DNA of 64,000 nt, from NCBI GenBank assembly GCA_001643675.2, contig LSRY02000006.1, positions 620,001-684,000 of the forward strand, read 5' to 3'. The DNA comes from Monocercomonoides exilis PA203 (Eukaryota > Protista > Preaxostyla). Each line of letters opens with the position of its first letter. The first letter of the stretch is position 1. This document shows positions 1 to 14,200 of the stretch, in pieces. The position numbers and the translations under genes were made by a program. Under the pieces are notes generated by a model. The model had not been told where the DNA came from, made no database searches, and worked only from the letters and a program-made list of their open reading frames with translations.

Positions 1-763
1 GCTGTCGACGCATCGCACGCACTACTCATCAGCCACCTCGCTCACACGCTCCTCGTCCACATCCTCGCGATTTGGCCAGCAGAAGCGCGATGTGCGGAGA
101 GGCAGCGATTCTGCGCTCGGTTTGGGCGGGCGGAGCTCCAGTTTCTACAGCGGGAAGGACACTGGACGCACCACACAGAGGAGCCGGAGCACAGCCAGTG
201 GGCGTTCGTCCATCGAGCCGAAGAACAGATTTGAGAAAGATGACGTTATGGAAAGGCTGGCAAAGCCGAGACGATTCTATCATCTGTCGCCGCCTCGCTT
301 GGCCAAGCCCTCGCAAGCAGAGTCATCTGCAGCGCCTTCAATTTCTTCTTCAGTTGCACAACGAGCATTTGATTCAAACAGGAAAATATCAAATGCCACA
401 TCATCAGCCAGCAGCAAAAGCGATGCTACGGGAGGCTTTGAAAGACTAAATGAGGCGCGACAAGCTCCTCAGTATCAGGCGCCGTCAACTCGTTCAAATA
501 CTTTTCCAACCAATTCATTCTCTTCACAGCCATCACACTTTACCACTTCATTTGGATATCCACCTCAGCCATCTCTTTCTTTCTTATCACCACAAATTAT
601 TCAAGCTCAAAATGGGCCTTCTTTCACAAATCTCACTCCTCCTTTGTCGTCCTTTGCAGCATCAAGACCTCCACCTGCTTCTGCATATTCCACTTCCATG
701 TTTTCACAACCACAATTAACAAAAACTCTCTCTTATCCATCCACTCAAGGCACATCACATTAG
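1..763 (+). CDS. 3' end of a gene starting upstream of the window; Ser/Pro/Thr-rich low-complexity C-terminus, hypothetical protein
   Basis: The frame of ORF 92..763 is open back to base 2 and is coding-like in GC. It ends in TAG at 761-763, followed by an AT-rich UTR-like stretch with AATAAA. Confidence 0.7.
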   Translation, partial: LSTHRTHYSSATSLTRSSSTSSRFGQQKRDVRRGSDSALGLGGRSSSFYSGKDTGRTTQRSRSTASGRSSIEPKNRFEKDDVMERLAKPRRFYHLSPPRLAKPSQAESSAAPSISSSVAQRAFDSNRKISNATSSASSKSDATGGFERLNEARQAPQYQAPSTRSNTFPTNSFSSQPSHFTTSFGYPPQPSLSFLSPQIIQAQNGPSFTNLTPPLSSFAASRPPPASAYSTSMFSQPQLTKTLSYPSTQGTSH

Positions 764-1113
764 CTTCTTATAAAAACATTTTGTCTTTTTGTATGTTTCA
801 TGCTTTCAGCTTTTTCTTTGTATTTTAATAAAAGTTTTTAATGCACAATCAAGCCAACAATGCTATGTGTTATCATTTGCTTATTTTGTTTCAGGGAATA
901 ATTTTTGAGTCAAGATGAACTGAATGAAAACATAATATTTTTGAATATTCCATTTCACTTGATCCAAAGTACTGAAAGAATGCAATTAACAAAGAAAAAT
1001 ACAAAGAAAATCGAGCACAGTATTTGAGGCAAATAATATTCAGATTTATTTGAAATGCGAAGTGAGCAAATTTTTCATTAATATGAAGTTATCATAAGAA
1101 GCATTTCTGATAT

Positions 1114-1147
1114 TTACTCATCACTTTCACTTTCAAACACAACACCG

Positions 1148-1196
<49 letters not shown>

Positions 1197-2214
1197 ATTC
1201 TTCTTCGATTTCTTCATCTTCCATGTCTTCGTCTTCGCTGCTTTCGTTGTCATCATCGCTAATTTCGCTTGATTGGCACTCAGACTCATCCTCGCTTTCT
1301 TCGGAGGATATTTCTTCATCTGAATTTTTGTTTCCTTTTTTATGTTTCTTTTCATTTTGCTTGTAATTTTTTGATTTATTGGAAGAAGTAGATTCATTTC
1401 CTTTTTTTGCATCATTCTTTTCTTTTCGTTTTTTTTCAATATCTGATTTGTTGGATTCAACCGAATTATCCACTTTTCTCCGTTTTTTTGAAGATTGCTC
1501 CCGGATATTTGACTTTGTCTCGCTGCTTTTCGATTTTAGTTTGCTTTCAAGCTCATGTTTTTTTGATTCTTTTAATTTTTTTATCTTTGCTTTAGTGAAT
1601 GTTTCAATATCCTCTTTTATCTCGTCCTCTTCTTTTTTCTCATGGGTATCGTCTTCAAAATTGCTTGAATCATCCTCATCAGACTCTTTGGCATCAAGTT
1701 CTTTTGATTTTTTATCATCTTTTCTTGCTTTCTTTTGTTTTTCATTATTTTTGTACATTTCATTTTCTTTCATACTTTCTTTCTTTGAAGAAAATTGTGT
1801 ACGAGATAACTTTGAATTAGGGTCATTTGATTCAACGTTTTCCATCTTTTTCAAACGATCTTTCCTCCTGTTAATTTGTTTTTCTCGTTTCTTCCTAAAA
1901 AAAAAAAAGAATTTGCAATTGAAATGGGCAACTCAAAGTTACAAACCTTAGCTTTTCGATTTGCTCGGGTGTTCGAAGGGAATACTTAAGCGCTTTAATA
2001 AATTTAACATGTTTCTATCACAAAATTCAACAATGTTAAAGAAAAAGAGTAAAAAAACAATTCATCCGACTTTTGATTGTAAATGTTTAATAACATCTTG
2101 ATCATTTAATAATTTCACGCGTGGTTCACAAATGGCGCATGTCCTTATGGAAACAGAATCCGGATACTGCGATATACAAGGATTTTTCAAAAGTTTTTTT
2201 ATTTCTTGATCCAT
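1114..2214 (-). CDS. U1/matrin-type C2H2 zinc-finger protein with long Lys/Glu/Asp-rich tail (3 exons, ~330 aa)
   Basis: Exons 2214-2071, 2014-1947 and 1894-1114 are joined by GT-AG introns of 56 and 52 nt. The product reads MDQEIKKLLKNPCISQYPDSVSIRTCAICEPRVKLLNDQDVIKHLQSK|KHVKFIK..., in frame with ORF 1114..1854. The CxxC...H-LQSKK-H motif spans intron 1. Confidence 0.75.
1148..1195. repeat. (TCA)n microsatellite encoding poly-Asp on the minus strand
   Basis: Perfect tcatcatca... run inside the acidic tail of the zinc-finger gene. Confidence 0.95.
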
Positions 2215-2400
2215 TTTTTAATATGGGTGTATTTTTCTCTCAATTAAGTGATATAACAGATAACTCTCCTTTTGCAGAAATTGAATGAATTTTTAAAGGG
2301 GATTAATTTATTTTCTTTTGGCAATAAATAAAACTCCTTGGAAAAAAAACAGTATTTTTTTAAAGGTTATCCTTTTTTCTGAACTGTATTTTCACTCTTA

Positions 2401-2403
<3 letters not shown>

Positions 2404-2437
<34 letters not shown>
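2404..2437. repeat. 34-nt poly(T) tract
   Basis: Directly visible homopolymer upstream of the zinc-finger gene. Confidence 0.95.
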
Positions 2438-3261
2438 CGGAGTGACCGACAACAATAAAAAATGGCAAATCGTATCGCACGGGTCGATGACCCAAATATT
2501 CAACATTTGCGACATTTCAAAAAGAATAACACATATAGAAATATTTTCATTTTTTCATCAAATAATAGATATTTGACGGAAAGAAGCACACTTTTCGAGA
2601 ATCCAATGAAATTTTGGAAATGAATTATTCTATATCGGAATCGTTTTTTGCATGTCAATATGAAACGACCTTTCTCGGTTTGAAACTGTCTTTTCGTCAT
2701 AACTTAGTGTTTTCGATTTATTCTAATATTATTTCGGAACTATTTTTTTCTTTCACGAAAGAAAATGCTTTACTCAGTGAATTGAACAAAAAACAAAACG
2801 ATGGGATCAATTTATTTTTTATGAATCAAAAATAATTCGAGAAAAATTACATCGTTTATTGTTGAAATTTGTAAAAAGAAGAAATTTCTAATTATTAATT
2901 GATATTTGTCTAATTTTTTTTTTTGAAAAGTTCTTTTTGTTGAATTTTCAAATAAATAAATAATATCATATTACGATCAAAGCTCTGTTCCCACTCATCA
3001 AATTTCTCTATCATGTAAACAGAATCTAAGCTATGTTATTATTTCCATATTAGTGAATTTTCGTGATTGAAAACAGAAATTAAATCAAAATATGTAATTT
3101 TTATTTTATTTGAAAATTAAACAAAAGGAACTTTTCATAAAAATTTAGACATTTATTATTTGAAAATAATTAAAGTCAAATCAAGGCAACAAAAAACGTG
3201 AATAAGCAACAATAATCGAGAAAGACATAGCTAACAAAAAATAAAAACGGTGAAAGAATAA

Positions 3262-4430
3262 TCAGTTTTCTTTATTGCTTTTTTCATTGGTGATGATTTC
3301 ATCAGTTGAAATTTTTCGTTGTTTCGAATGTTCGTTGCACATGTTCTCTATTAGCGAGGTTTTTCGAATTCTTTTTATTTTTTCTTTGAAAAAAGCATTC
3401 GATTCTGACTTTTTTTCTTTTTGCTTTTCTATTTCTAATTGATTAAAAGCTATTGATTTTTTCTCAAATAATCCATCATCTTTGCAAAAATCATATGCTT
3501 TATTATTTTGATTTGTCAGCCAAACTGCAATTTCGATATCTAACTTTTCATCATCTAAGCAGTTTCTATTCCTGTTTGCACATTGCTTCCACTGCCGCTT
3601 CATTCAAAAGAAAAACCATTCAACATTAATCCTTTTCTTTGCTAATCTTTCATTTTATGTTATTTCTTCCATCGTTTAAGCATTTTTGATTGGTGTTTTG
3701 ACTTCTATTGCTTCAACAGCACATTGAAATCCTCTGTCTTCCATGACTTTCCAATGTTTAATTCCTTCATCAAATCCATATTTATTTCTTTCGTATTCTG
3801 ATATTTGCAAATATTCTTTTCACGGCTGTAAGTCTCGTTGTAACAATGAGAAATCATGCATGTGACACTCTACAACTTCTAAAGCAAACAATGCTTCAAA
3901 AGGATAGCTGGAAGCAACTGAAACATGGATTTTCAATCCATAACCTTTAAGAGTCCCATCTCAGAGCAACTTCTGATTTTCAAAACAGCAAGCTGGCTTG
4001 TCTGTTCTTATTGACGTGGGATCTACAAGAAGATCCACAGTTCCAAAAGATTCGTCTGAATCAGTATATTTAGGTCTTCTTTTCTCCATGTTCATTTTTC
4101 TCAAAAACTTTTTACAGGAATGAATGTATTGAAATTATTGCATCAGAAATAATGTGGTTGCTTCTGTAAAACCAAATTCCAATTCTTGTTTGTGTAGTTC
4201 CAGAAGACAGCCATTCGAGGAAATAAAGCATTTTGTCAGCAAGCGATAAAGAACCTTTTGTTCATTTTTTCGGATTCTGGTTTGTTTCGTTTTCTAGTTC
4301 GCAGATGATGCTGTATATTTGTTTTTCGGTTAATTAATATCTATCAAATGATTTTTGTTTGCGTAAGTGACCAAATAGCTGTCACTCTGGCTCAGGATCT
4401 GATAACTCCCTAATTTCACTGTTCATAATT
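3262..4430 (-). pseudogene. Decayed IS5/PIF-Harbinger/ISL2EU-type (DDE_Tnp_4) transposase
   Basis: Manual translation from 4089 downward gives LLVDPTSI...*DGTLKGYGLKIHVSV...HMHDF...VMEDRGFQ...KTPIK...NERLAKKRINVEWF/MKRQWK. This is the DxT / K-x-H-V / HD / DRGF / N-x-x-L-x-x-x-R-x-x-VE order of DDE_Tnp_4. Four in-frame stops and a frameshift near 3605. The 5' boundary is approximate. Confidence 0.75.
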
Positions 4431-5280
4431 TTCTTTTCAACGCTATCTTTATATTAATCAGCTTTTAGAAGAGTCAAATCAAACGTGTCGTTTGTTTCTT
4501 TTCTGCAAACATCAGATCATTCAAAAAAAAATTTTTTTTTCTTTGCATTATTCAAACTTGAACCTTTCCATTTTATTTTTTGCTGTTGAACAAGATAGTA
4601 TTGAGGGATGTTCCTGAACTTCAATTGGACCAAACATATTACGAAATTCTGAGAAGCAGACACGGAAGCTGAAGGATGGAATGAGAGTGCTTGAGAAGAG
4701 AAGTTTATATCAAACTGAGATGGAGATTGAATATTGCTTTGAACGGAGTTCATATGTGAACTTTATTCAGAGCAATATCATTTGACAAAAAATAAAAAAT
4801 AAATTATTTTTTGATTACCACAAAGATAACGAACAAAGAATGCTACAGACCAAATATATGGATCAATTCGAGGAAGCAAACTCATTTCCAGTTGTTGAAT
4901 TAATATCAAAACAAACTGACAAAAGAAAAGCCCTTTTTTCATATGGTGATGTCTTCTAATTATGCATATTGGCAAAGTGTGAAAAAATGTGTCTTTTTCA
5001 AAAAACATATGACTTTTGGTTTGCAACTAGTTCTTGTTTGAAATAACATTTGCTACACTCAAATGGTTTTTCTTTTCTTAAAATATCTAATTAAAAACTT
5101 TTTTTGATCTTTTCATTTTATTTTATCTTCATTTATTATATGATATGGGTAATAAATAAATAAGAAAATTTTATAACTTTTGCTGCAAAATAACTTGCAT
5201 GTCTTGGCTTTTATTTTTGCATGTAGATTTATTTTTCCAATTCTGTTTCACACTCTTTTCCGAACAGAAGTCTCGCAACA

Positions 5281-8200
5281 TTGAAAATCAAAATTCATTT
5301 GTATATCCAAGTTTGCAAAACATTGGATGCATTTATCAATGCAACAACAAAAATACTGCAAATGAAAAAACATGTGAAGCATATTTTTTCATACGAATTA
5401 CCACATATATTTGAGCAGAAGCGCAGTTCTTTGCTAATTTCGACAAATGCAATCAACTCTTCTGTTCAATTCGAAACAGTTGCAATGGCTCAACATTCGA
5501 ATTCATCGATTGTGATTTCTCGAAGATTATCGAGAACTTCCCTCAAACGTTGTATTCTGTTTCCTTCAAGAGAAAAAAAGAATGCACTTTTCACATGTGA
5601 TGAAAGCGAGCTTCTTCTTGAGAGCATTTCCCTTCAATTTTCATCCGTTTCCAATTCACTTTATTTTGTATCAACTTCATTGCCGATATCTTCTTCTTCG
5701 CCGTCCTTGTCCTGTTGTCCGTGTATCATATCAATCTCTGATTCAATTCTGTCGTCTACAGAAATATTGAATGCTCCTTTGTTATGCACTGAAAGTGATA
5801 CACAAGCATCGATGCAAAGATGTCTGTTTTCAAACATCACCGAATTGTATGACAGAAATGAAGTGAAACACAAAAACGGCTTATACTCAACTTCTTTTTC
5901 GTCGTGTGTCTTTTCAAGCGTTGAAGATGTTTTCTATGATGGTATTTCTTGCTCCATTAATTCACCTTCATCCAAAAACTTTGCATCTTCAAACTCAACA
6001 TTCTCAAAATGCTGCCGCACAAAAAATGAACCAACTCGTTACAATACATCTCAAAGGTATTTCATTGGAGAAGTTTCGTTTGTAAATTCACTTTTTGAAA
6101 AGTGCATTGCAAACGATAACGTGAACATAAGAGGAGGAGGAATATACTGCACTGGATCATCATTGACGCTATCGGTTGTGAACTGCAGCTTTTTTTCATG
6201 TAACGCAAAGCAAGATGGCGGAGCAATTTTTATTTCTACTTCGAATTTGAAATCAATCTCAAATTGCTATTTTGAAAATAACACTGCCAGCTTTGGAGGA
6301 GGAACATACTTCGCATCAATGCCAGATAAAGTTGTTATTGAAAAATGCACATATTTTGGGAACATTGCTCTATCTTGCGGTCATGATGTTAGATTTTTTG
6401 TTATGCAAAGTTTAATAAACAACGCAATTATTGAATCTTGCCTTTTTATCGGTAGGAACACAAGCACAAAAGGCAGTAATTATTTTGACCCTGCACCAAA
6501 AAATTTATATTACAGCAACTGCTATTGGTGTGATTATCACGCTAATTCAGGGAGTGGTGCTCTTTACATGGATTGTCACGAAAGTTGGGCTTCAACACCA
6601 CCAAGGTTCCTTTTCTTGTTTTTTCACAACAACACAAGCGGGGATAATCACGGACATGACTGTTGGCTGAATTCTTCATTAAACATCACCAACCCATTTG
6701 CTTATTCATTTTCAACAACTCCTGCAAAGAGAGTGTATTTCATGGGAACATCAGAAAGCAAGGAATTCAACAGTTGGATTCCACAAGGAACAATGATATA
6801 TTCAAAAACAGGAGGAGCAGACACAGAGGGATGCGGATTGAGTGCATTGTCCACACCGTGCAGTTCATTGGAATACAGCCTTTCTCGGCTTCAAGAGTTA
6901 CGAACTGGTCTTGTGAACATGCTGCAAGCAAAATTTCAACCTGAAGTACTGAATATCGGAGAGATGACAGTCACAATGAAGGGAGATGGAAAAGATGCCA
7001 CAGTGATCAGCACTTCGCAAGTTCCGCAAAGTGCCTCCTCCGTGATTGTTTTGTCAAGCGGCTCTCTTTGCTTGACAAACGTGAGTGTGGAGATTGAACC
7101 ACCATCCTCCTCACTGACTGTATTTTATTCATTGGCTGCTCTGGCACATCCACAGGGAAGGATTCAACTCGAAAACATCCTCATTTCTGGATCTGAGGCA
7201 AACAACAATGTTGTTCATTCTGTTTCTTTGCTCAATGTTCAAAATGGTTATCTTGGTTTATCCAGCTGCACGATATCCGAAATAGCTGTGGATACTTTAC
7301 CTCTCATTGCATTCCAAGCTCCAGAACAGTTGGGAATGAAGAACGTGCTGATGGAAAGTATCTCACGGAAAAGCGGAAATGGAGGTATTATGGAGATGGA
7401 TGTTGAAGAGCAAGAGATTTTCAGATTCGACAATGTGACTTTCAGGAACTGCATCTGTCAACAGGGGAACGGAGGAGCTATGTTTGTTGCTCTGAAAACA
7501 AACAGCATGTTCACTGTTGGGCAGGATGTTGCTGTTAACTTCAATGAATGTTGTGTTCCGACAGATGATCAATCGAAGGGAAAAGGTGGGGCACTCTATA
7601 TCAAGGTGTGCTCAGATGAACCACTGTTTATTCTCAATGCCCTATCATTTGAGCGATGCAATGCCTGGAAAGGGAAGAATGTGTTTGTGGAAGCAGTGAA
7701 TCTGGGAACGTGTGTGAATGAAAATACTATCAAATTCGGACGAGATGGGATGCTGGATGACGATTTGATGGGTTTCGAAAACAACGATACATCGCATTTG
7801 ATTCCGCTGAGGTTGTTTCTGAGTGGGGCTTTTGTGCCTCCAGTGCATGTGGGAGGACCAAACAACAGAGATTTCAGTGGATGCGGATATGCCAGTTATC
7901 CGTGCTCAACATTAAAGCATGCAGTATCATTGAGATTTTCAGCTGCAGATAGATTGCTATCCCTTCATTCTCAGTTTGTCTGGAACGAAGAGATGACACT
8001 TGATGGTTTCGCTTGGAATATCTGCTGCGAGCAAGAAAACACATCCATTTCATTCAAACCAGTTGCGCCCGTTGAAGGAGATGGATTCATAGCATGTGCT
8101 TCTTCATCTCTCTTCCAAAACATTTGCTTCACGCTTTGCGACCAACCAGAGTTTTCATTTCGTTCACTTCTTGTGTGTCTCGGTCCATCTCTGTCAATTG

Positions 8201-11200
8201 CAGATTGTTCGTTAAAGATGGAGAATGATGATTCAGTTCTGACAAATTCATTTGCTGAAATCAGAAAAGGGACTTTTTCAATCAGCAATTTTCACATTCA
8301 ACAACTCACAGCTGATCTGTCATCACCTGCTCTTTCTGAGCTTATTTGTGTGAGTGAGGATGAAGCATCTATCGATGCAAATGGACTCATATGCAAACAG
8401 CTCATAATGAGAAACAAAGGAGATTTTCTTCGTTTATCGTCAGGAAAATCATCAGAAATCAAAAACAGTGTTTTTGAGGACGGGAGATATGCTGATGGCT
8501 GTTGTGTGCAATGGACCAATGGCCAATCACTGAAAGTGAGAAATACTTCATTTGCAAGCGAAATTCGAACAAGTGGCAATGGCTCTTGCATAAATGTGAA
8601 GGGAGCAAGTGAAAATTTCAAATCGATGATGATCACGAACTGCTCCTTCGACAGCTGCTCTGTTCAGGAAGACGAAAGCTGTGGAGGTGCGATATGCGGA
8701 GCAGAGGATGCAAAATGTGGGCTGACAATCTCTGATTGCATATTTCACTCGTGCACAGCTCCTGAAGGATTGCTGGGAAAGGGTTATGGGGGTGGGATAT
8801 GCCTGTATTGCAGCAGCGAAAGCGATGATTTGTTCTCAATCGCTTCTCCTGTATCTTCTCTCGAGTATCCAAACAGCGCTGCAATCGGAAAGGATTTGTT
8901 TATTCAGTCACCGAATCTCACAAACACCCTCACAAACAAAACGCTCCCGTTTGCTGTTGGCTCTGCAGATCTGACAGATGATTCAATGAGAGGATATGAT
9001 GGAGCAGACAAAGTCCATGCAATACCTCTTGTCTATTTTTATCGTGTCATCACAAATGAGGTGTGTGCATCGGAAACAGGTCAAGATGTGGCACCCTGTG
9101 GATTTGATACATATCCATGCAGATCTGTCTCATTTTCGTTCAAAAGACAGAACGGAAGCAAAAGCAATGTTGTTCTTTCACCTCTTTTCACTCTGGCTGA
9201 AAGCGTTGTTGCAGATGGAGAAAAAACATACACAATCGGCGGAGTGGCTGAAAGGAGCATCGTGATTGTGCAAGGTGCAAAATCACCAGAAGCAGGTTTG
9301 TTTTGCTCGAGTATTTCCTTGGGCTTTTCAGTGATCATAAATAGCATTGCCTTCAAGCTGCCAACAACTATCCAGACACATTCCTCGCTTATGCATCACA
9401 AAGGATCAGGAAATATGCGCGTGGAGAATTGTGAATTTGAACCTCAAGAAGCAGTGGAATCCCATTCATTCTCGCTGATCGCAGCAGAGTCGGGAGATAT
9501 CACAATCAGTGATTGCTCTTTCAAGAACATTGCTTTTGTGGCTGCTTGGATTGTGAGCTGCAGTGGCTCTTCTCAAACGCTGATTGATAAAGCAACCATC
9601 ACAAATGCAACAACTCTGACAGGAAGCAGTCTGATCACAGCAACCACCTCCACGGCAGAGTTGACTGTGAGAGATTCATCATTCACATCCGTGGCCAAAT
9701 CCAACTGCGTCGCAATCCAGACAGCATTTATCCAAGCTCTGACTTTGAACAACACAAATATCGAGAATATTGAGCGCAGCAGCAACAACGGAGGTGCTGT
9801 GGAGTGCACTGTGGGGAATGGCGGAAGTGTGGTAATCGAAGGCGGAAGCATGAAAAAATGTGTTTGCGAAGGATGGAACGGAGGCGGCCTCCATATTTCT
9901 GTGGAAGCAGGAGGGAATGTGCAGGTGGGGAACACATCGTCTGCAGAGACAGCCATTGAAGAATGCAGCTCGAAAGAAAATGGAGGGAAAGGAGGGTATG
10001 GTGGAGGGATAATGCTGTTGCTGAATGAAGGGGCACAAAATGTGATCATCAAGAATGTGCTGTTCACGTTGTGTTCAGCTCCTAAAGGAGGAAGCAACAT
10101 ATTCATGGAGGCACCTGTGCTTGAGAATGTTGCAAAGGCAACAGTTTTGGCACACTCGTTCAACACATCTGTGGAGGACATGCCTGTTTTGGAGGAGCTT
10201 GGAGGCTTTGATGGAAGCAACAAAAGAGATGTGATCCCCTTGGTTCTGTTCTTTCGTCGGCTGAGCTCAACTGCACATGTGTCTGGAACTGGGATCGACT
10301 ACTACAAATGCGGATATGCTGATTTCCCTTGTCTGACAATCCCGTTCAGCGAGAGTCTGATGAAAGAGAGCAGTGGAGTGATCTTGGTGGAGAGCTCGTT
10401 CAACATTAATGACAAGATAGAATTGAAGACGAAAAACATGAGTATCAAAGCCAAAGAGAGCAGAAGTGAAATCAGAGTGGGTGCTGGAGGAGGCGGAGCA
10501 AGCGGAGGAATGATCGAAACATCCAAGGATGTGAATATTGAACAGATATCATTTGTGCATCCTTCATCTTTGGGAGAGGCAATTTCATTCCTGTTTATGT
10601 GCCTCAATGAAAGGTTGTGCATTTCAGATTGCCAAGTGGAAATGGAAGCAGCATCGGGGCTGACATGTTCGTTCAGTCTGATTGGAGTGCTTGGAGGAGA
10701 ACTGAAATGTGAGCATTTCTCAGTGTTAAATTCCAGATATGGCTCGGTGGAAATAATTGTTCTGGATGGAAGTGGAACGAACAATGCTGTCAAGTGCAAC
10801 ATGAATGATGTGAATTTCACCGATATCACATCTCGTTCAGAAAAGGGAATGATGAGTGTGAAATCGGTGCAGGAGTTTGGAATGGAAAACTCGAAAGTGC
10901 AGAACACAAACCAAATGAACTGTCCTTTCTTCAGCTTTGAAGGAACAGCGAATATAACAATGAAGAACAGCACTTTCAGTGAGATAAGCAGACAGAATGG
11001 GTTTGGAGGATTGATGAATGGGAGAGTGAACGAGAAAGAGAAGATCGAAATAACAAACTGCACAATGGACATCTGCAATTCTACTTCGGAAGATATGTGC
11101 GGTGGATGTGTTCATGTGGATGTGGGTGATTATGGAACTTTTCTATTCGATGGAAACACTGCAACAAGGTGCAAAGTGTTTGGTGATCGCGGTTTTGGTG

Positions 11201-14200
11201 GAGGGCTGTATATCATTTTGAACACACTGAAGTCGAAATATTCGCTGAAGATGATCGAGTTCAGTGAGAATGAGGCAAATAGGGGAAAGAACATTTATAT
11301 TGTCTGTCCAACACCAAGAGAGGCGATTAAGCCGACTCTGTTTGACAAATCAGCAGATGAAAACATGGAAGAGGAGGAGCTGTGGGTGTATGACACATCA
11401 GGAAGCATGCCTGATGGCGAGTCGCTCCGGAGATATCTCTTTGCCTCTGATGCTGAGATTGTATTTCTCGATACAACAAACGGGACAGATTCTCCTGAGT
11501 GTGGCACTGATCTGTATCCGTGCCAAACAATGGACACTGGCTTCACAAAGATGACTGATAATCAGTCTACGCTGCATATTCAAGGTTCAACGGAGCTGAA
11601 CCGTGATGTGAACAGAGCTGGAAAGTCTCTCACTGTTCGGGGGAAGGCTGGACATTCAACGCTGAACATCGAAACCAATGGGCATTTTGGGTTGTCTGAA
11701 GGTTCGGAAACGCCCAGTCTAATCTTCAATAATATCAGATTCGCACTTCTCGCACAATCAGGCAGAAGCGAGCTGATAAATGCACAAACAGGAACATTGT
11801 TCCTGAAAGACTGTATCTTTGATGAGAGCGAGAGATCAGATGCCAAGATTGAATTCTGGCTTCTTGAATGCAGAAGGGCTGAGGCATCCTTCACAACTGT
11901 CATCATCAACACTCTGAGTTTCACAGAATCTGTGGGAATCGCAAGAGTTACTGAAGGAATTATTGAAATGGAAGATGTGAACATCAGCGATATCAGCTCC
12001 AAAGGAAATGGACTGGTTCAGGGTTGTGAAGGATCTGACCTTTTGCTGAGAAACATCAAAGCAGAGAGTTGTGTTGTTGAAAATGGGCAAGTGGTGAGTG
12101 TTTCAGGCAAAGCATCGTTGTCTATCACAAAAAACAGCGAATTTGGAACATGCGAGAATTTGAATGGAAATGGAGGTGCTGTGAGTGTGAAAGGCTGTGC
12201 AAACGAAGAGTTTATATTTGCAAATATTTCTTTGCAGAGCTGCACTGCTGATGAAATGGAAATGAAAGGAGGAGGATTCTTCTTTGAATTCACAGAACAA
12301 TATTCGAGAACATTCTCAGTAATGGATTGTTCTTTTGGGAGCAACAAGGCAAAATTCGGAAAAGATGCGTTCATCAGCTGTTTTGATTTGAACAACTCAG
12401 TCACTTTAGATCAATTTGCAAGGTTGAGTGGAGATGGAGAAAATGGCACAGTGGAAATGATGGGGACTGACAATGTGAATTTCAAGAACGAAAATGTGAA
12501 TCTGACGCTGTTTTTGGTGCAAGGGAAATTTGAAGTGGCGGAGGTTTCGCCAACAGGGTTGGATGTTCTGGGCTGCGGAAGCTCAGAAAACCCTTGTCAA
12601 TCGCTTTGGAGAGGATTTCAAAATCTGGTTCCTGAAACTCGTGAAAGGCAGATACGCATCAATGTGAGTGCAATGGTGAATGATTCATACGATCTTCATT
12701 CATTCCTCACGATTTCATCTTCGACCGATAAAACAGCAGAACTCTTGATAAACCCGAAAATTGAAAGAGGAGAAGAAACATCAGTGTTCAGCAGCACAAT
12801 GTCTCTCACGTTGCACTCAATATCACTTTTGATGCCTCAAGCATTCGAAAACGGCCAAACTATTGTTTTTGAATCCAACTCCCCATCTGGCATGCTGGAT
12901 TTCCAATCTTCATCATTCAATGTGGAGAGAGAAGGGGAAATTGCATATCAGCTTGTGCACATGGCAAGTGGTTCGCTTTTGTTGTTCAACTGTTCTGTTT
13001 CCATTTTCCGCTTTTTCCAAACACCATTTGTTGCATGCGGATCGGTGCAGCTCAGCAACTGTAACATATCAAAAGTGTGCACATCAGGAAGTGTTGAAGG
13101 AGGGGCACTACGTGTGTGCTTAACGAATAGCAACAACGCTGCAATCAATGAGACAACAGCTTGCAAGTGCACGTGCGAAGCGAAGGAGGGAATGGGTGGA
13201 TTCATGTTCTTGAACAGCACGGACTCATTGGAAGAGAAACCATTATCCATCATTTCCTCTGTCTTTGAAGCCAATGAAGCTGCATTGGGCAAAAATATTT
13301 TCGTGCAAGCATCTGATCTGAATACAACAGTTACAGAGGATGTATTTGCCTTCGATTATGAACAGCTTAAGGACAATCCAGATCTGTTTGTTGGAAGCGA
13401 CAGATATCAAAACAATGTGGATTTGTTTGTGTTCTTGATCAGATTCAAGAGCGATACTGTGTTTGTTTCATCATCTGGATTCGATGTGAAGCGGTGTGGG
13501 AGCGAGTTCATTGCATGCAGATCATTTTGGAAAGGTTTTGGCCAGATAGATCAGGCGAAACAAGAAAAAATCATGCTCATCGATCAAGCAGCAGCAGTCA
13601 CGGATCAATATGATGTTTCGAATTTCACAATAAAATCAATAGTGAAGATGGAGCTTGAAGAGGCATCTTCTTTGTTGTTTGAGACAGCCAATGAAAGCAA
13701 TGAGATTTGCTTTTTTTCTAATTCCTACAAGCTGTCTGTGGTTGATCTTGCTCTGAAGATGAGAAAAGTGGAAGAAGGGGCGAAGGTATGTATGATAAAA
13801 AATATTCAAGGCACCCTATCACTGGAGGACTGTTCCTTCGAAACATCAGCAGACAATGCAGGAGCATCATTCAGAGCAGATGTGTTGTTTGTGATGATGA
13901 ATAGCGGAGAGTTTTTTGTGAAGAAGTTGAAAGTGAAGGCAAGCGTGAGAAAAGATTTGTTTTGCATCAACTCTGGATGCTTGTGCAATTTTGATGGAAT
14001 GGATGTGAAGGAACTTTCGTCTGATCGCGGATGTGTTGTGAATGTGGAGCAGCAAGAGAGAAATGCAAATGCTGAACAAGCACATATCTCTTTGAATGGC
14101 TCACTATTTTCCTCAGTTGTCCGTTCAGATGATGGCAGCTGTGTTGTCAAAAGCTCTTCAAATGTTCCTCTTTCACTGGATATCAATGGCTCCACATTTG

